A DNA stretch of 64,000 nucleotides, taken from NCBI RefSeq assembly GCF_006345805.1, contig NC_043006.1, forward strand, positions 94,922,001 through 94,986,000, read 5' to 3'. How positions within the stretch are numbered: position 1 is the first letter of the stretch; every line of letters begins with the position of its first letter. Below, in pieces: positions 1-13,583 of the stretch. This DNA is from Octopus sinensis (Eukaryota). Both the position numbers and the translations under genes were made by a program. The notes below the pieces were generated by a model. It did not search any database. It saw only the letters and a program-made list of their open reading frames with translations, and was not told the origin of the DNA.

Positions 1-229
1 CGCACACAATAGCACTGACTACTTTCCAGCACCTAAACCATCATCCACACATCTACACACGCACACGTCAAGGTCACCTTTCTGCACGCACACACACGCT
101 CTCTCATACACACGCACGAACACCTTCATTATGGGATCACCACTACTTTATTATCTCCCCCTCTTCCAAGCATTCCTGTGTGACCCTTCTCTCCGGCACT
201 CGCCATAATAGATTGTTAGTCACTAAACC

Positions 230-391
230 GTTTCTATTTTCTGTCCCTGTTTATTTCTCTGTTCCTTTCTGTCGAACAGCGTAGGCTCGAAGAGTAAAAT
301 ACTTTCTCACTTCCCGAGTGTTAAACTAATACAACTCTTTGTTGTTTACACCACCCGTCTTCGTCTTTTGTTTTCTTTTTTAAATTCTCAC
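230..391 (+). mobile_element. Penelope-like element 3' tail with degenerate HHR-like motif (family B)
   Basis: CTTT-CTGTCGA-A-CAGC-GTAG-GCTC-GAAG-AGTA-AAA at about 265-299, followed by a T-rich tail (CCCGAGTGTTAAACTAATACA...CTTCGTCTTTTGTTTT) homologous to tails at 29718-29838 and 55085-55180; ends at a microsatellite. Confidence 0.6.
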
Positions 392-392
392 A

Positions 393-425
393 ATACATAC
401 ATACATACATATAACACACACACAC

Positions 426-460
<35 letters not shown>

Positions 461-461
461 G

Positions 462-523
<62 letters not shown>

Positions 524-534
524 CATATATATAA

Positions 535-568
<34 letters not shown>

Positions 569-575
569 AGAGAGA
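393..575. repeat. Compound microsatellite (CATA)n(CA)n(TA)n(GA)n
   Basis: Directly visible. Confidence 0.95.
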
Positions 576-1242
576 ATTGTCATAAAAGAAAGCTTGCCAA
601 TTCTGTTTAGAATTTAGATGATGTATATCTTTTATGCCTCAACTACATGTATTCAATTAACCTTAATACTACCACCATATCAGCATGGAGTTAACGTAGG
701 GAAAAGATGCTGTATTTCACGTTCATATTGTTTGACTTTATCATACATTAAACTAGTATTTTCACACGCCCTGATAGTATAAAACCTTACTGACAAAGAA
801 GACAATACTGGGATATTATTTGTATTAATTGATTATTGAATGAAAGGAAAAGCAAGATTTTGTTGGATTTTGTGCAATTTATTTGGGGGATGAATATTAT
901 TATTTAAATAGAGATCTCATTTGAAAAGTTTAGCGATAAAATTGTTCTTTCAAAAGACAATGTGAAAATAGTTATAGTTTAAAATTTTGTTGCTTTTATT
1001 TAAAAGTATTTTAAATATTTAAACGGAAGAACGATATTATGAAAGAGATATAGTTAATGATAACGTCCCACTAAAAAGAGACAATAGCGCTTAATTTTCA
1101 TTTGCAAAAAGAAAGCAACGCTGCTTATGATTTAAAATTTAGTGTCAAAATATGGTGGGAATATCTGAAAGGAATAAATTTCTGACGAAGTATTCTTAAT
1201 ACAATTTTACGACTAATGCTTCATATTTCTCCCACACATACG

Positions 1243-1290
<48 letters not shown>

Positions 1291-2949
1291 CACACACACA
1301 CATACACACACACACACATACACACACACACACATTCTAATCTAAGAAGCCAGAAGTCAGGAAAAAACACGCACTCATAAATAGAGTGGTTGATTTTCCG
1401 AAAGGGTTTCTCACTCTACCAGAGAAGGGCCGGTATAAAAAGCATGATGATGGTTCTCTGCTGCAGGCATTCGGGACATTTTACATTTGGGTTTTGGGTA
1501 TTTTGAAAAACGGGAACAGAAGGGGATCCTTGTGCAGTTGTGCTCCCTACACAAGGATCGGTGTGTTTTCACACTGTAACGTGTAACAGCCTTTAGAGTG
1601 AGATAGAGGCTACGGTGCAAGCGGTATCGGATGGATGTGGGTTTAGATGTTATACATACATGCATAGTTACACTCTCTTTTTCACACAGGCACACACACA
1701 AAGAAAGCAGCATCTAGCACGTATAAATGGAACCTGGGCATTGACTTGTCCTCCTTTATTCCATTTATGACATATTTCCGTATTCTGAAAATGGACAAAG
1801 AAATGCCTTCTTTCCCAATTCTCTTTCCCAATTCTGTTTGCACACCGTGCTGGTCTTATAGGATGCATGTGTTGATTGCATCTTTAGTGTGCATGTATTG
1901 CAGAATACTGAAACATATGTAAGATATAGTAGAGGAATGGCAAGTCAAAAGCCGAGTTATTTTCTCTTTCCATTACGTCATAGCTTAACTTCGACTACGG
2001 ACGACTCGTGTGTACATGCGATGGCGGCAGTTTAACGCGATTAACATTAGAACCGAAATTTGAAAGCTTTAATTATCATACATCGAGCGCATCCCGTCAA
2101 ATGTATATATTTTATATATACAGATAAATATGTACACATACGCGCACACACAAACACATGTATATACGTGTGTATATCTCCGTCTGTGTGTGGGTTTATT
2201 CAGATTCCAGACAATCGGTAGTTGGTAGAAGTTAAAAATAAATATTTCCTCAATGAACACAATAGTAAAAGACAGCAGTCGCATTAGGTTCGCTAAACTG
2301 GATTTTTCAAGCAAACGTTCTCCCCCTCTCCCGCCATATATATATATAGAACTTATCCAGTCACATTCTTGTTGACAGGAATTTGTGAATAATCGATACG
2401 TTATCGTGTTCTTAAGTTTGAAGTTAACTTGAAATATTAATTATTGCAAGTCTAAGCACCAAGAACTTACTACTTGTGTGACTGAAATAGGTCGAGTTAG
2501 TTCTTTTAACAAAGTTTTAATTATAATCAGACTTAAGTTAAAATAACCATCAAACAATTTTATTTAAATGTTGCAAAAGAAAGTGGCAAATTTAACAAAG
2601 GTGACACACCGTCGGATAGAAAATCTCACAGGGTTTGTTGAGGCGTTCGGTGCGTAGAGTTCGTATCCCGCAGATATCAGCTTTCACTGTCATCATTTCG
2701 AGGTTGATAAAAATAGTACGGTACGTTGAAGTTGCGGAAATGTAAGAATGCTGGAGTACATGCCCTGCGATATTTGTTCAGCCTCTTTGCATTCGGAGTC
2801 CATATCTCAGCAAGGCCTACATGATGGGTTGACTTCAACTCTAGCCTAATTTAACACAACCACTTGGTTAATTTGGGTGATTTTGGCAGCATCCTCTCCG
2901 ATGCAAGTATTCTGGCTAGCTCTTCGGTTTACATTTTACTCTTTAATTA

Positions 2950-3523
2950 TTTCAGCAATTTGAGTGTGGCCATGCTGGAGCACTGCTTTGAAGGGCTTAG
3001 TCAAACAGATCGACACATTTCTTTAGCCTGGTACTTATCTTACCGGTTTCTTTCGCTGAACCATTAATTTATGGGGACGTAAACAAACCAACGTTGATTG
3101 TCAAGCAGTGGAGGGGAGATATATACCACATACATATATGAATCGTTGTTATTATGTCTAATTATGAAAAAATATAATTTTACATTAGACTGGAGGTTTA
3201 CTCAATACACAATGTAGAGTTCTTATTATACTTTAACCAGTCTAGTGTTGAGAGTGACTTCGAAGTTTTGTCCCGCTTAGATTTCATCAAGCATAATGCA
3301 CGCACGCACAAACACACGCACGCTCACAAACAAACACACACACACACACACACGCACAAATATACTCGAAGGGATTCTTTCCAGTTCCCGATTATAAAAT
3401 CTACTCACAGCACTTTGGCTGGTTCGGTGCTTTAACAAAAATGCTTGCCAAAGATGCCGAGCAGTGGAATTGAACCGAAGTCCACATGATTGGGAAGTAA
3501 GCTTCTCAACTTCACAGCCACGC
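2950..3523 (-). mobile_element. Degenerate, interrupted tRNA-derived SINE (same family as 38490-38882)
   Basis: GGCCATGCTGGAGCAC tail block near 2968; reverse-complement head near 3440-3523 (CTTGCCAAAG...GTGGAATTGAACC...CACAGCCAC). Confidence 0.7.
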
Positions 3524-3981
3524 GTATGGCGTATGTCTTCCCTTCTTCTCTCAAATGATGGAGACCCTGCGAAACATCAGAATCACTGCGTTCTCTCTTG
3601 ATTAAATAAAAAAAAAAGAAAATCGGAACCGATCCAACCTAATAATTTAGTAAGTATTCCTTGTTAAGGGAACGCTTAATAACGTATGCCATTAGACTCA
3701 AAGTTATCAAAATTCGAGGGTTCATAATCGAGAGAGCCAGGCATTTTCCATGTTGTTCCAGTGTTCATACCCCAAAATTAATACCAGTGGGTTAAATCTG
3801 TGCCATGAAGGGCGTCCGCTCAGTGCTGGGAATCTTGCACTCTAACCTAAATTCTTTGATCATCATACGCTCCCGTTTGTAGACTCGAGGTTGGGGGACA
3901 TCCAGACATCTGTTCATAAAAAGTTATCAATTAACACGTAATGAATTATCTACTTTACAATACTTATTACTATGATAAATT

Positions 3982-4285
3982 GGGGGCGTGTGGCTCAGTG
4001 GTTAGGGTATTTGGCTCACGATCATAAGGTCGTGATTTCGATTCCCGACGGCACATTTTCTCCTTGAGCAAGACACTTTATTTCATGTTGCTCCAGTCCA
4101 CTCAGCTGGCAAAAATTAGTTCTACATGTAATTCAAAAGACACAGCCTTGTCACATTCTTTAAGTTGCTGAATCAAATTGATAAGGACACAAACGTTTGT
4201 GGAGTGTTCAGCTGAGTGAACGTTACTTTCACAAAGAGGTTGTTCCGTTGATCGGACCAACTGCGACGCTCGTTGACGTAACACA
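3982..4285 (+). mobile_element. tRNA-derived SINE
   Basis: A-box TGGCTCAGTGG, B-box-like ATTTCGATTCC, then CCTTGAGCAAGACACTT core; homologous to the head at 54189. Confidence 0.8.
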
Positions 4286-4705
4286 TGGAGTAGTAGTTAG
4301 TTACAATGGTAGATAAGAAATACTTTATAATAATTGCTTATAAGCGACGGAAATAGCATTTGCGACACCATTGGGTTACCAATTACTGTTATATTTTATA
4401 TCAGTAAGGACTATGAGGTTTATAGTAGAGATATGTCGTTCAAAGACACAAAAATATGTATTTAGAAAAAAACGATTTTCTTCTGCTCCTCATACCTTCT
4501 ATGCATTTTTAACTTTACACGTCTACATAAACTTTCAAACGATGAATACTTCAGTTTTGCGCCTTTCGACCGTATATCCACGCTGTGCAAGACTGCCAGA
4601 ATGCTAACTCAAAATAAATTAAGTACCAGATGTGTACTGGATTCGATCTAATCGACTGGCCCCTCACCCAAAATGTCAGGCCTTGTATCTAGAGTAGAAA
4701 AAAAT

Positions 4706-5146
4706 CGTTAGCACGCCGGGCGAAATGCTCAGAACTATTTCGTCTGCCGCTACGTTCTGAGTTCAAATTCCGCCGAGGTCGACTTTGCCTTTCATCCTTT
4801 CAGGGTCGATTAAATAAATACCAGTTACGGACTGGAGTCGATATAATCGACTTAATCCGTTTGTCTGTCCTTGTTTGTCCCTTCTGTGTTTAGCCCCTTG
4901 TGGGTAGTAAAGAAATAGGTATTTCGTCTGCTGCTACGTTCTGAGTTCATATTCCGCCGAGGTCGACTTTGCCTTTCATCCTTTCGGGGTCGATTAAATA
5001 AGTAGCAGTTACGCACTGAAGTCGATATAATCGACTTAATCCGTTTGTCTGTCCTTGTTTGTCCCTTCTGTGTTTAGCCCCTTGTGGGTAATAAAGAAAT
5101 AGGTATTTCGTCTGCCGTCTGAGTTCATATTCCGCCGAGGTCAACT
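4706..5146 (+). mobile_element. Tandem SINE array with a Meta-domain-like core, 184-bp period, about 2.3 units
   Basis: Units start at 4737, 4921 and 5105; core GCCTTTCATCCTTTCGGGGTCGATTAAATAAGTACCAG resembles the Sauria/MetaSINE core. Confidence 0.85.
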
Positions 5147-5677
5147 GTATTAAGAATTATTGAAGTTTTTTTCTTACTTAAAGAGTGGCAAGACGATGAA
5201 CGCATCTACCATGATCTTCTGTTATAATCACGAGATTTCAGGAGACCAGATTTAAAGGCTTTCAACAAAAGTGAATCCGACAAAGACACCAAGAGTCATG
5301 TGATTGTATTATTCAACGGAAGGACGGATTAAACATACAGCTGAACAAAAGAAACGGTATTTTGGACGATATTATCAAAAAGTTATTTTTCTGGTGAGGC
5401 AGCTATGCCAATGAACCTTTATACGGTGGCTGAGAAAGGCGAGAAGAGGAATGAAGTTTCCTACAACGCTGTGAATTCTGCTAAAGGCACTCAAATTGCC
5501 AGGTGGTGGATTAAATTTAGAATACAAGTACGACCAGAAGAAATATTCAAATATTTGTACTGATTATACACAGAACAAACACTGCAAGCCATATGGCACG
5601 AGATTATCATAGTTTCGTCAAAGGCGGTGTGCTGGCAGAATTTGAAGAACTTTACATCTGACGCAAACAAAAAAAGA

Positions 5678-6068
5678 AGGTGAGCTGGCAGAAACGTTAG
5701 CACGCGGGGCGAAATGCTTAGCGTTATTTCGTCTGCCGCTACGTTCTGAGTTCAAATTCCGCCGAGGTCGACTTTGTCTTTCATCCTTTCGGGGTCGATT
5801 AAATAAGTACCAGTTACGCACTGGAGTCGATATAATCGACTTAATCCGTTTGTCTGTCCTTGTTTGTCCTCTCCGTGTTTAGCCCCTTGTGGGTAGTAAA
5901 GAAATAGGTATTTCGTCTGCCGCTACGTTCTGAGTTCAAATACCACCGAAGTCAACTTTGGCTTTCATCCTTTCGAGGTCAATAAATTAAATACCAATGA
6001 AACATTGGGGGTGGATGTGATCGACTTGTCCCCTCTCCCAAAATTTCAACGCCTTGTGCTTTCAGTAG
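5678..6068 (+). mobile_element. Meta-domain-like SINE with a second head-to-tail unit
   Basis: GAGCTGGCAGAAACGTTAGCACG head; units start at 5726 and 5910 (184 bp apart). Confidence 0.85.
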
Positions 6069-6959
6069 AAAGAATTATTATAATTCCGTGAACCAACTGC
6101 ACTCTCTTGGTATATTTCATCGACTCCGAAATGATGAATGGTAAAATTGACTTCAACAGTATTTGAACTCAAAGAGTAGGAATTCGAAATAATACCGTGT
6201 GGCCTTCTCAGAAATGCACAACCGAATCTGTCAATGCGTCGCCAGTTCCTGAATTTGAATCAGTTGTTTGGTTAACCCAAGGTTATTTTAGATTACATAT
6301 GTCCAAGGTTTCACATGTCGAGGTATCATCATGAATTCTTGTAGTTTCGAAGCGAACTTTGAAAGCTCAGATCCAGGCCATCACTCGAAGGTTTTGCTCC
6401 ATAACTCAGTTCTTTACATAGAAAGAAAAAAAATGAGTGGAATATGACAGAACAAACAGTGTTTCCGGGTTTCTATTTCTAAAAAGAATTAGGCCATGAA
6501 ATAAACAAATCAATAAACGAAATAAAATATAAATGTAAAAGAAAACATTAAAAATAAAGTAAAAAAAGCAAGAAAAACAAAACACAAAATAAATGGATTT
6601 CATATGAGAATGAATCTGTTAATTCTGAATATTTACACTAATGACATCTAGCGACAATCTCACATCCCACGTTTTTTTTTATTATTATCATCATTTCTTT
6701 TTTATCATTATTATTTATTCTCACATGATCTACTCTCACATTTCCGGGGGAAGGGATAAGATCAAAGGTAATATGACCAATTGTTGCAACTCGGAATCTG
6801 TCAAGATGAAAAATGTTCATAAAAAAAAAAATTAAATTGCAAAAAAAAAAAAAAATGAAAAGGAAAGGAAAAGCTACCGAAATTATATGAGAAATGATAA
6901 AGTGATTGCTGAACCATTTTCAAAATTTCTCTTTCAACAATAATGTAAAAACGAAATCC

Positions 6960-7129
6960 GTTATGATTATGATGATGGTGGTGGTGATGGTGGTGGTGTT
7001 GTTGTTGTCGTTGGTGGTGGTAGTGATGATGATGATGATGCAGATGGCTGTTTGGTGGTGGTGACGATGATGACGATGGTGATAATAATGAAAAGAATTA
7101 ATAATAACAACAATAATAATAATGATAAC

Positions 7130-7177
<48 letters not shown>

Positions 7178-7202
7178 TAATAATAATAATGATAATAATA
7201 AA
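6960..7202. repeat. Compound trinucleotide repeat (GAT/GGT/GTT)n to (AAT)n
   Basis: Directly visible. Confidence 0.95.
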
Positions 7203-7555
7203 TACTCAGATGCAATGCCAAGATGCCTTGATCCAATATCATGAAGCTTGATGCAATACCAGGCAGTGCCTCTCATGGCTTCTGCTCTTAACTGATTTGG
7301 AGGGTTCACTTGTACATGTTTTGCAAAAGATGGGCTACAAATATTCCATTCAACACCACAAATTTCCATGTCGGTGGCTTGACTTTAACCAGTTCATCAT
7401 GTCCCTTAGTGGCTGACGATATGTTCATCTCTAATCTCGAACAGAAAAATAAAAAAAATATAATCCTTTAAAATTTAAAATTTTGAGAATTTGGAGTATG
7501 GAGATTGTAAAAACTGCACCTTTAATTATTGGTACGTCAGACACAGTGAATAAGG

Positions 7556-7735
7556 ATTTCTGCTCTAGGCACAAGGCCCGAAACGTTTGGGGAGGAGGCC
7601 AGTCAATTAGATCGACACCAGTACGCAACTGGTACTTAATTTATCCATCCCAAAAGGATGAAAGGCAAAGTCATCGTTAGCAAAATTTGAAACCAGAACA
7701 TAACGATTGACAAAATGCCACTAGGCAATTGCTCA
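7556..7735 (-). mobile_element. Degenerate Meta-domain-like SINE
   Basis: CTGGTACTTAATTTATCCATCCCAAAAGGATGAAAGGCAAAGTC is the reverse complement of the core. Confidence 0.7.
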
Positions 7736-8473
7736 AAGTGCTGAGCAGGGGGACTGAAACCGAAACCTCGTCTTCCAAAGCGAGCTTCATAAGCATCCAG
7801 CCGTATTTAGCTTGTGGGTATGTGTGGGTTTCTAGCAACAGTTCATCAAATATATAATCAATAAATTAGCCTCACTTCTCCTCCTCAATCGACTCAATAT
7901 TTCCCGCATTTTCTTTCAGACCATTCATCCGTTGAACCAGAAACTAATTCCTACAGCTCGCTCGTGCAGCTCATCATCAGCACAAACAGGTCGTTTCCAT
8001 GAAATACCTCCAATTATTTATTTGCCTACTAACTCTGCTATACTTTTCTTTTTTTTTCTACTTTCCTATTGTGTTAATGCTGCATACAGTCTCCGAGATT
8101 CCTGTATTTTAAAAGCCGCAATATAATGGAGTGAAACTAATGATTGAATCCGGTGGCCGACATTGTGCTGAAGGCAGATTCACCTCGGCTTCTTGATAAA
8201 TAATTTGACGGCTGCTGGTGCCTCTGAAACTGAAGTGCAATCTTTTTTTCCTTTGCAATCGTTGTATCATCAGAACTAAGACCACTGATGCAGGGGAAAC
8301 AATGACACCAGCAGCAGCAACTCGCCTAACAAACCGGTTGTTGCTTCTGTTTCAGCAGCTGTTGTTTTCAGTTGTTTTTTGTTGTTTCTTTGTTGTTGTT
8401 TCCCTTCTTCTGGATAAACAGTATCAAATAGCCTTTGTTGACATCTTCATATTACTTTGGCTTCTATCTATAA

Positions 8474-11071
8474 CATTATGCAGGAAAAGTTTTCCTTCTA
8501 TTAGACGAAATGGTGCTCGTAGTTAATTTAGGAGCACTGATTCCGAATCTGCAATCATTTTTGTTCTACTATGTCACGTTTTTGCGCTATCATTGTTATA
8601 CTTGTATCAAAATTATAATAATGTGAAAATTCATGACAAATAAAATGAATGTTATGTTCAGCGTAAATTACCGTTATTTGGTAAATGAACAATAGCAACT
8701 AGGTGGACAAGTAGCTCTAAAACCAATAAAACACAAAACAAAAGTGTAAAGTGAATATTATTAATTTTATGCTTTTCAAAAATAGCTTTGGCGAATTATT
8801 TTACGCTTATGTTGCATGCCCGTTTCTCGTTTTAAAAACCAGCAGTAGTCCGCCAGTATGTTTGGTGTAAGTCTGCCACTGCTGCGACTTTCTAGTTCTT
8901 TGATTTTTTGATAAAATCGTTCACCATTCTCATTGCTTACATCATCCATATTGGGTGGGAAAAAGTTAAGATGAAAGTGTAGAAAAGGAATTTGTGACAT
9001 TCTTGTCACAAGTTCTGAATAAGTTTTCAAAAAATTCACAGTTGCAACGTAGTTAGATGATTTTTCGTTTCACAAAGAATATTTTCCAAGAAAAACAAAC
9101 TTTCCCAAACAGTTATCTCATCTGGGCTTAATTTTTCTTGCAAAAGCTCATCACAAATTAGGGTGTAAATTCCTGGTCCATTAAAAACACCAGCTTTGAT
9201 CTCCGCCTCACTTTTCCTAGAAACAAATTTTTCACTGAGATATTTGAATCCTTCACCGTCTTCATTCATGCCCTTAATAAAATTCATAAAGAAACCAAGT
9301 TTGATGTGTAAGGGAGGAAAGTAAATTTTCTGAGGGTCAACTAAAGGGATATATTTAACGTTGTATCTCCCTGAAGTGAAATCACTTCTCTTTGGCCACC
9401 CTTTTTGATCATAGTAATGCTTGTCATCTCTGCTGTTCCAAAGGCACAAAAAGCTCTGATGCTTTGTATACCCCATTTCTAACCCAAGAAGCAAACCAAC
9501 AATGTTCAAGTCCTTGCATATATCCCACTTAGGATTAAAGTTTCCTTTAATCCTACAGCTAGTGACATTGAAGGTTTTTTATTGCCGTTATACAGCAAAA
9601 CGAGTTTTAGGCTAGTTCTGCTGGAATCTATGAAGAATCTCCATTTTTCAGGATTATGGCCGTATCCCATCTCACGTAGCAGTACTTCAACATCACAACA
9701 AAAACCGAATACCCGTCTTCCTCCATAAAAAAAATTCATGCAATTCTTCTATGCCGTTTTCCAAAATACGACTATTTTACACCATCGTCTAAAAGAGTCC
9801 ATTGTTTCAACATGGATCCCAGAAGTTCTGGTTTTTGTTTTGTTAAAACCAAGTCTCTAACTGAATCATTTAACTCAAGTTGACTTAAAAAATGAGGAAT
9901 TTTTTGAAGATCCTGGTTCATCATAGTAATCTGCTGTATCACTCGGCACGCCTTCAATTGAAGTAGATGCAGTACTTTCTTCAGTTAAAATACCTTTGTC
10001 AAAAGATAAAGGAGATTCTGGAATTGGAATATTTTCTTCAGAATGGATAACTGGTTTTAAAGCTGAAGGGTAATCTGGATAAACAATCTTGGATTTGTTC
10101 TTCTTAGAGGAACCTATGATGTTAGTTAAGCAGAAACAACAATCAGTTTGCGCTATATCATTGGTACTGCAAATGGTATACTTTTCTGTTTATCATTCAG
10201 CCATTGGGTTAGTGTTATGTAGCAGTGTTTTGCAACAAACATGAGGCGCCCATAGTTTATCTTGGTCCCCAACTTTGTACCCAAAGTAAAAAGCTTCTAA
10301 ACATTTAAAAACTTCTTTGTAAACTTATCTTTTAGTGTAAATTTTCCACACACGTAACAAAAGCTGTCCAGGTGATGAACACAAACTTCTTCTGCTCATC
10401 ATAAATACATACAGTAATAACCTAACTCAACATTCAACGAGGCCTATCAGTAAACTAACATATAAAATTAATCAACTGAAAATGTTGCTGTAAAACATTA
10501 AAATATATTTCTCAAAACTCATTGAAATTATTATAGAATGGACTGAAGCTATGGATGTTACGCAACAATTTTTACATCTCTAAATTTCAAACATTGATCA
10601 CTTAAATAAATAACTAAATTTACTACTAAACTACTTTTCATATAACCTGGCTCTCTTATTTGATGTAATTTGTTTTAACAGCACCTGCAGTTATCAAGAA
10701 AAGGGAGTCTGAGTGGTTTATTATAACCTAATATCAGTAGACCAATGTAAGGAGAACTTTACTATAATTTCAGCGATAACAAAGTAAAATAAATCATGTT
10801 GTGTGGAAATTTAACAGGTTGCTTACATTTGCCTCTATCAACACTTATTTTTGTTTTAATGACGAGTATATGAATGAAAATCGAAAGCAAAAAGCCTATT
10901 ACTTTGTCAATATTATCAAGTAGTTGGAAAATCTGATGCTGTGAATAACTAAAAATACTACACATGCCGTCTGAAAACTGATGACACGTTCAGATTCAGC
11001 ACTCTAAAATTAACCTAAATCAGCTGAAAAAGCTTAAATAGAATAACAAAAAAAATTTTTGTTGCCCAGGG
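8474..11071 (-). mobile_element. Chapaev3-type (CMC superfamily) DNA transposon, near full length, pseudogenised transposase
   Basis: Minus-strand frames give DSFCYVCGKF...GDQDKLWAPHVCC...PFAVPMI (N-terminal Zn domain, about 10140-10400), LLLGLEMGYTKHQSFLCLWNSRD, PPLHIKLGFFMNFIK, GVFNGP and DDVSNENGERFYQ; imperfect termini CATTATGCA at 8474 and CCCTGGGCA (minus strand) at 11071. Confidence 0.85.
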
Positions 11072-12689
11072 TAACCATCACTCTGATAGACACGTCCTCC
11101 GCTCTCTCAGTCGTGTACAACTCCGGAATATTGCCGCGGTAACTAAAATCCAGCAGAGTCCCGAAAACATGGAGTTCTGTGAAGAATGCACAAGTCCATA
11201 TGAGGTTACGCTCATGTCATAATCAGAACATACTATTATTATAGCAAATGACTAGCCAACGATCAAAATCCACAAAAACATTTGTTGATGATCCTCGTTT
11301 CTATAAACCGAAGTACTGCGTCACTGACCAGTGAATATACGTATGAGGCAGTAGCTCTACCTCTGTCTCCTCTTGATTCACCATATGAAACTCTTGGCGA
11401 ACATGAATATATATCCTGTCTCGTCAAGCAAACACACAGCCTATTACACGTCGGTTAGGACACCATCTAAGTATTCTTTCAAAGTACTATAAACACCAAT
11501 CTCGTTATTTCAAGATCAGAGACAAGCCAACTTCATCAAAGTGATACTCAATTTACCGAGAAGAATCGTCGACACTTTTACCTTCAACTGATTCATATCA
11601 CTTTATGACTCACAACGACCGCAAATAATAAATATGTTGTTTATTTCGATGGTATTATCCTCTGTGTTGTTCATATTGGTCGACTATTTTTCTCTAATCA
11701 AATTACTGTTAACCCCCTCCTATTTTATGTTTTCCGTTATTATGCTTTTTTTACGATATCAAAAACTATCATGAACCTATCAATATACAACTCTGGTGGG
11801 GTTTTGCATACGTTTTGATTCTGATTTTATTTTTATGCATTATACTTTGTCCTCCATTTATTGTAGGTACAGTTTTCACATTTTGTCTTCCTTTCTTGTC
11901 ATTTCAATTTCACAATTTTATGTTTTGTAATCGAAATGACAAACATAGAGCTGATCTGACTCGAAGGCACAGAGTTCCCCGTAAATGCAAATGCATTTTC
12001 GTTCCAATGTTTGATTCTGAAATCTGGACAGCTTTCGAGATAAACTTGTCAGTCATGACAAACAACTCGAAATTGGCCGTGCTTAGATATGTTTTTGTTC
12101 CACCTGAAATCTCAATATTATTCCATTTCCGTAAACTATGCTGTAACTTCCATTATCATGCCTTTATTGTTTTTAAGATCCCTGTAAATATTTTTGTATT
12201 TTCTTCAAATATTTTCTTCTAGAAGAATCGCTAACATTTAGAAGCGTTTCATCCGATATATTTTTGCGAATATTATTTATATAAGCTACATTGTTTTGCT
12301 TTCAGTATGTCCTCTTCTATTATGCATTTTAAATCAGTCAGCATCTTTCTGAATCCTTTCTTTCCAATTTTGCAAAGAAAATACATTTTCTCTGCTTATT
12401 TTTCAATCTTATGCCGCCATATATAATATTTCCGTAATTTTCTTTTATACTTCAAGATGGGCTGAAAAGAACCCGACTGCATTAGAATTAAATTTACTTT
12501 TTCTTGATAGAATCGTGAAAACAGAATAGATTACATCAAGCTGTCTGGTAATATTCTGCTAGGTTGCGGCTGTAAAACAATTTCTTACAGATCCTTCTTA
12601 CAATTTCATGAAGTTTTTTGTTCGCTTGTAGCTTGAGAAGGAGATTACGTCCATACACATCCATCAGATACGCTCTCAGTTTTTTGCTA

Positions 12690-12787
12690 TCGTTATCATC
12701 GTCGTCATCATCATCGTCGTCGTTATCATCAACATCATCATCATCACTATTATCATCACTGTCACCATTATCACACCCTATCACCAC

Positions 12788-12848
<61 letters not shown>

Positions 12849-12955
12849 ATTGTTGTCGTTGTTGTCGTTGTTATTATTATTATTATTATCATCATCATCA
12901 CCATCATTTTTATCATCGTCATCATCATCATCATCTTCATCATGGTGATAATGAT
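12690..12955. repeat. (ATC)n/(ATT)n/(GTT)n compound repeat
   Basis: Directly visible. Confidence 0.95.
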
Positions 12956-13139
12956 TAAGGTATAACAATTTTTTCGAAGAAATTAATGCGATGCGCTGTA
13001 ATAACGGTGAACGGATAAAAATGTAGCTAAGATGCTGACTTAGCAAAATGAAATAACGTAAAGATATAGAGTGATCGAGTGATAACAGGTAGCCATAGTG
13101 GTTGAGACAATCATCATTACGGAAAAATAATTCCCTAAA

Positions 13140-13177
<38 letters not shown>

Positions 13178-13179
13178 TA

Positions 13180-13481
13180 CAGTTGTATATTTAAGAGATG
13201 AGGAAGTATGTACATTATTTACATTTTACGGATATTTGTCCCCATCTTGTTTGTTGTTAACACAACGTTTCGGCTGATATACTCCCCAGCCTTCATCAGG
13301 TGTCTTGAAGAAATTTCGAACCTCGGTCCTCATTCCTAAGGTTCGAAATTTCCCCCCGAGGCTGGAGAGTATATCAGCCGAAACGTTGTGTTAACAACAA
13401 ACACAACGGGGACAAATATTCGTAAAATGTAAATAATGTAAATAATGTACATATGTTCTTATCTCTAAATTATAGAACTGT
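13180..13481. mobile_element. Inverted pair of HHR-bearing element tails (family A)
   Basis: 13180-13340 is the reverse complement of the tail seen at 38060-38215; 13341-13481 is a forward copy lacking the AAGACACCTGATGA segment. Confidence 0.85.
13258..13305 (-). ncRNA. Minimal type I hammerhead ribozyme (family A)
   Basis: Minus strand: GACAC-CUGAUGA-A-GGCUG/CAGCC (stem II)-GAAA-CG-UU-GUGUU; palindromic stem III ACGU; stem I GACAC/GUGUU. Confidence 0.8.
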
Positions 13482-13583
13482 GATATATATACGTGTGTGT
13501 GTGTGTGTGTGTGTGCATGTTTGAGAGAGAGATAGTGAGAGTTTGTGATAGAGAGAGAGAGAGAGAAAATGTGTTTGTGTGTG

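Noticed and set aside
1180-1225. CTGACGA followed by a GTATT/AATAC hairpin
   Set aside because: No GAAA or stem III follows, so it is not a hammerhead.
3640-3930. Possible SPDLNPLDY-WG-like Tc1/mariner catalytic remnant on the minus strand
   Set aside because: Only a few residues match and no termini were found.
3982-4060. Possible tRNA genes here and at 13584, 37934, 38820 and 54189
   Set aside because: A/B boxes are present but the cloverleafs are incomplete and each continues into SINE body sequence.
11080-12690. Possible LINE or transposase remnant on the minus strand
   Set aside because: Translations gave no diagnostic motif.
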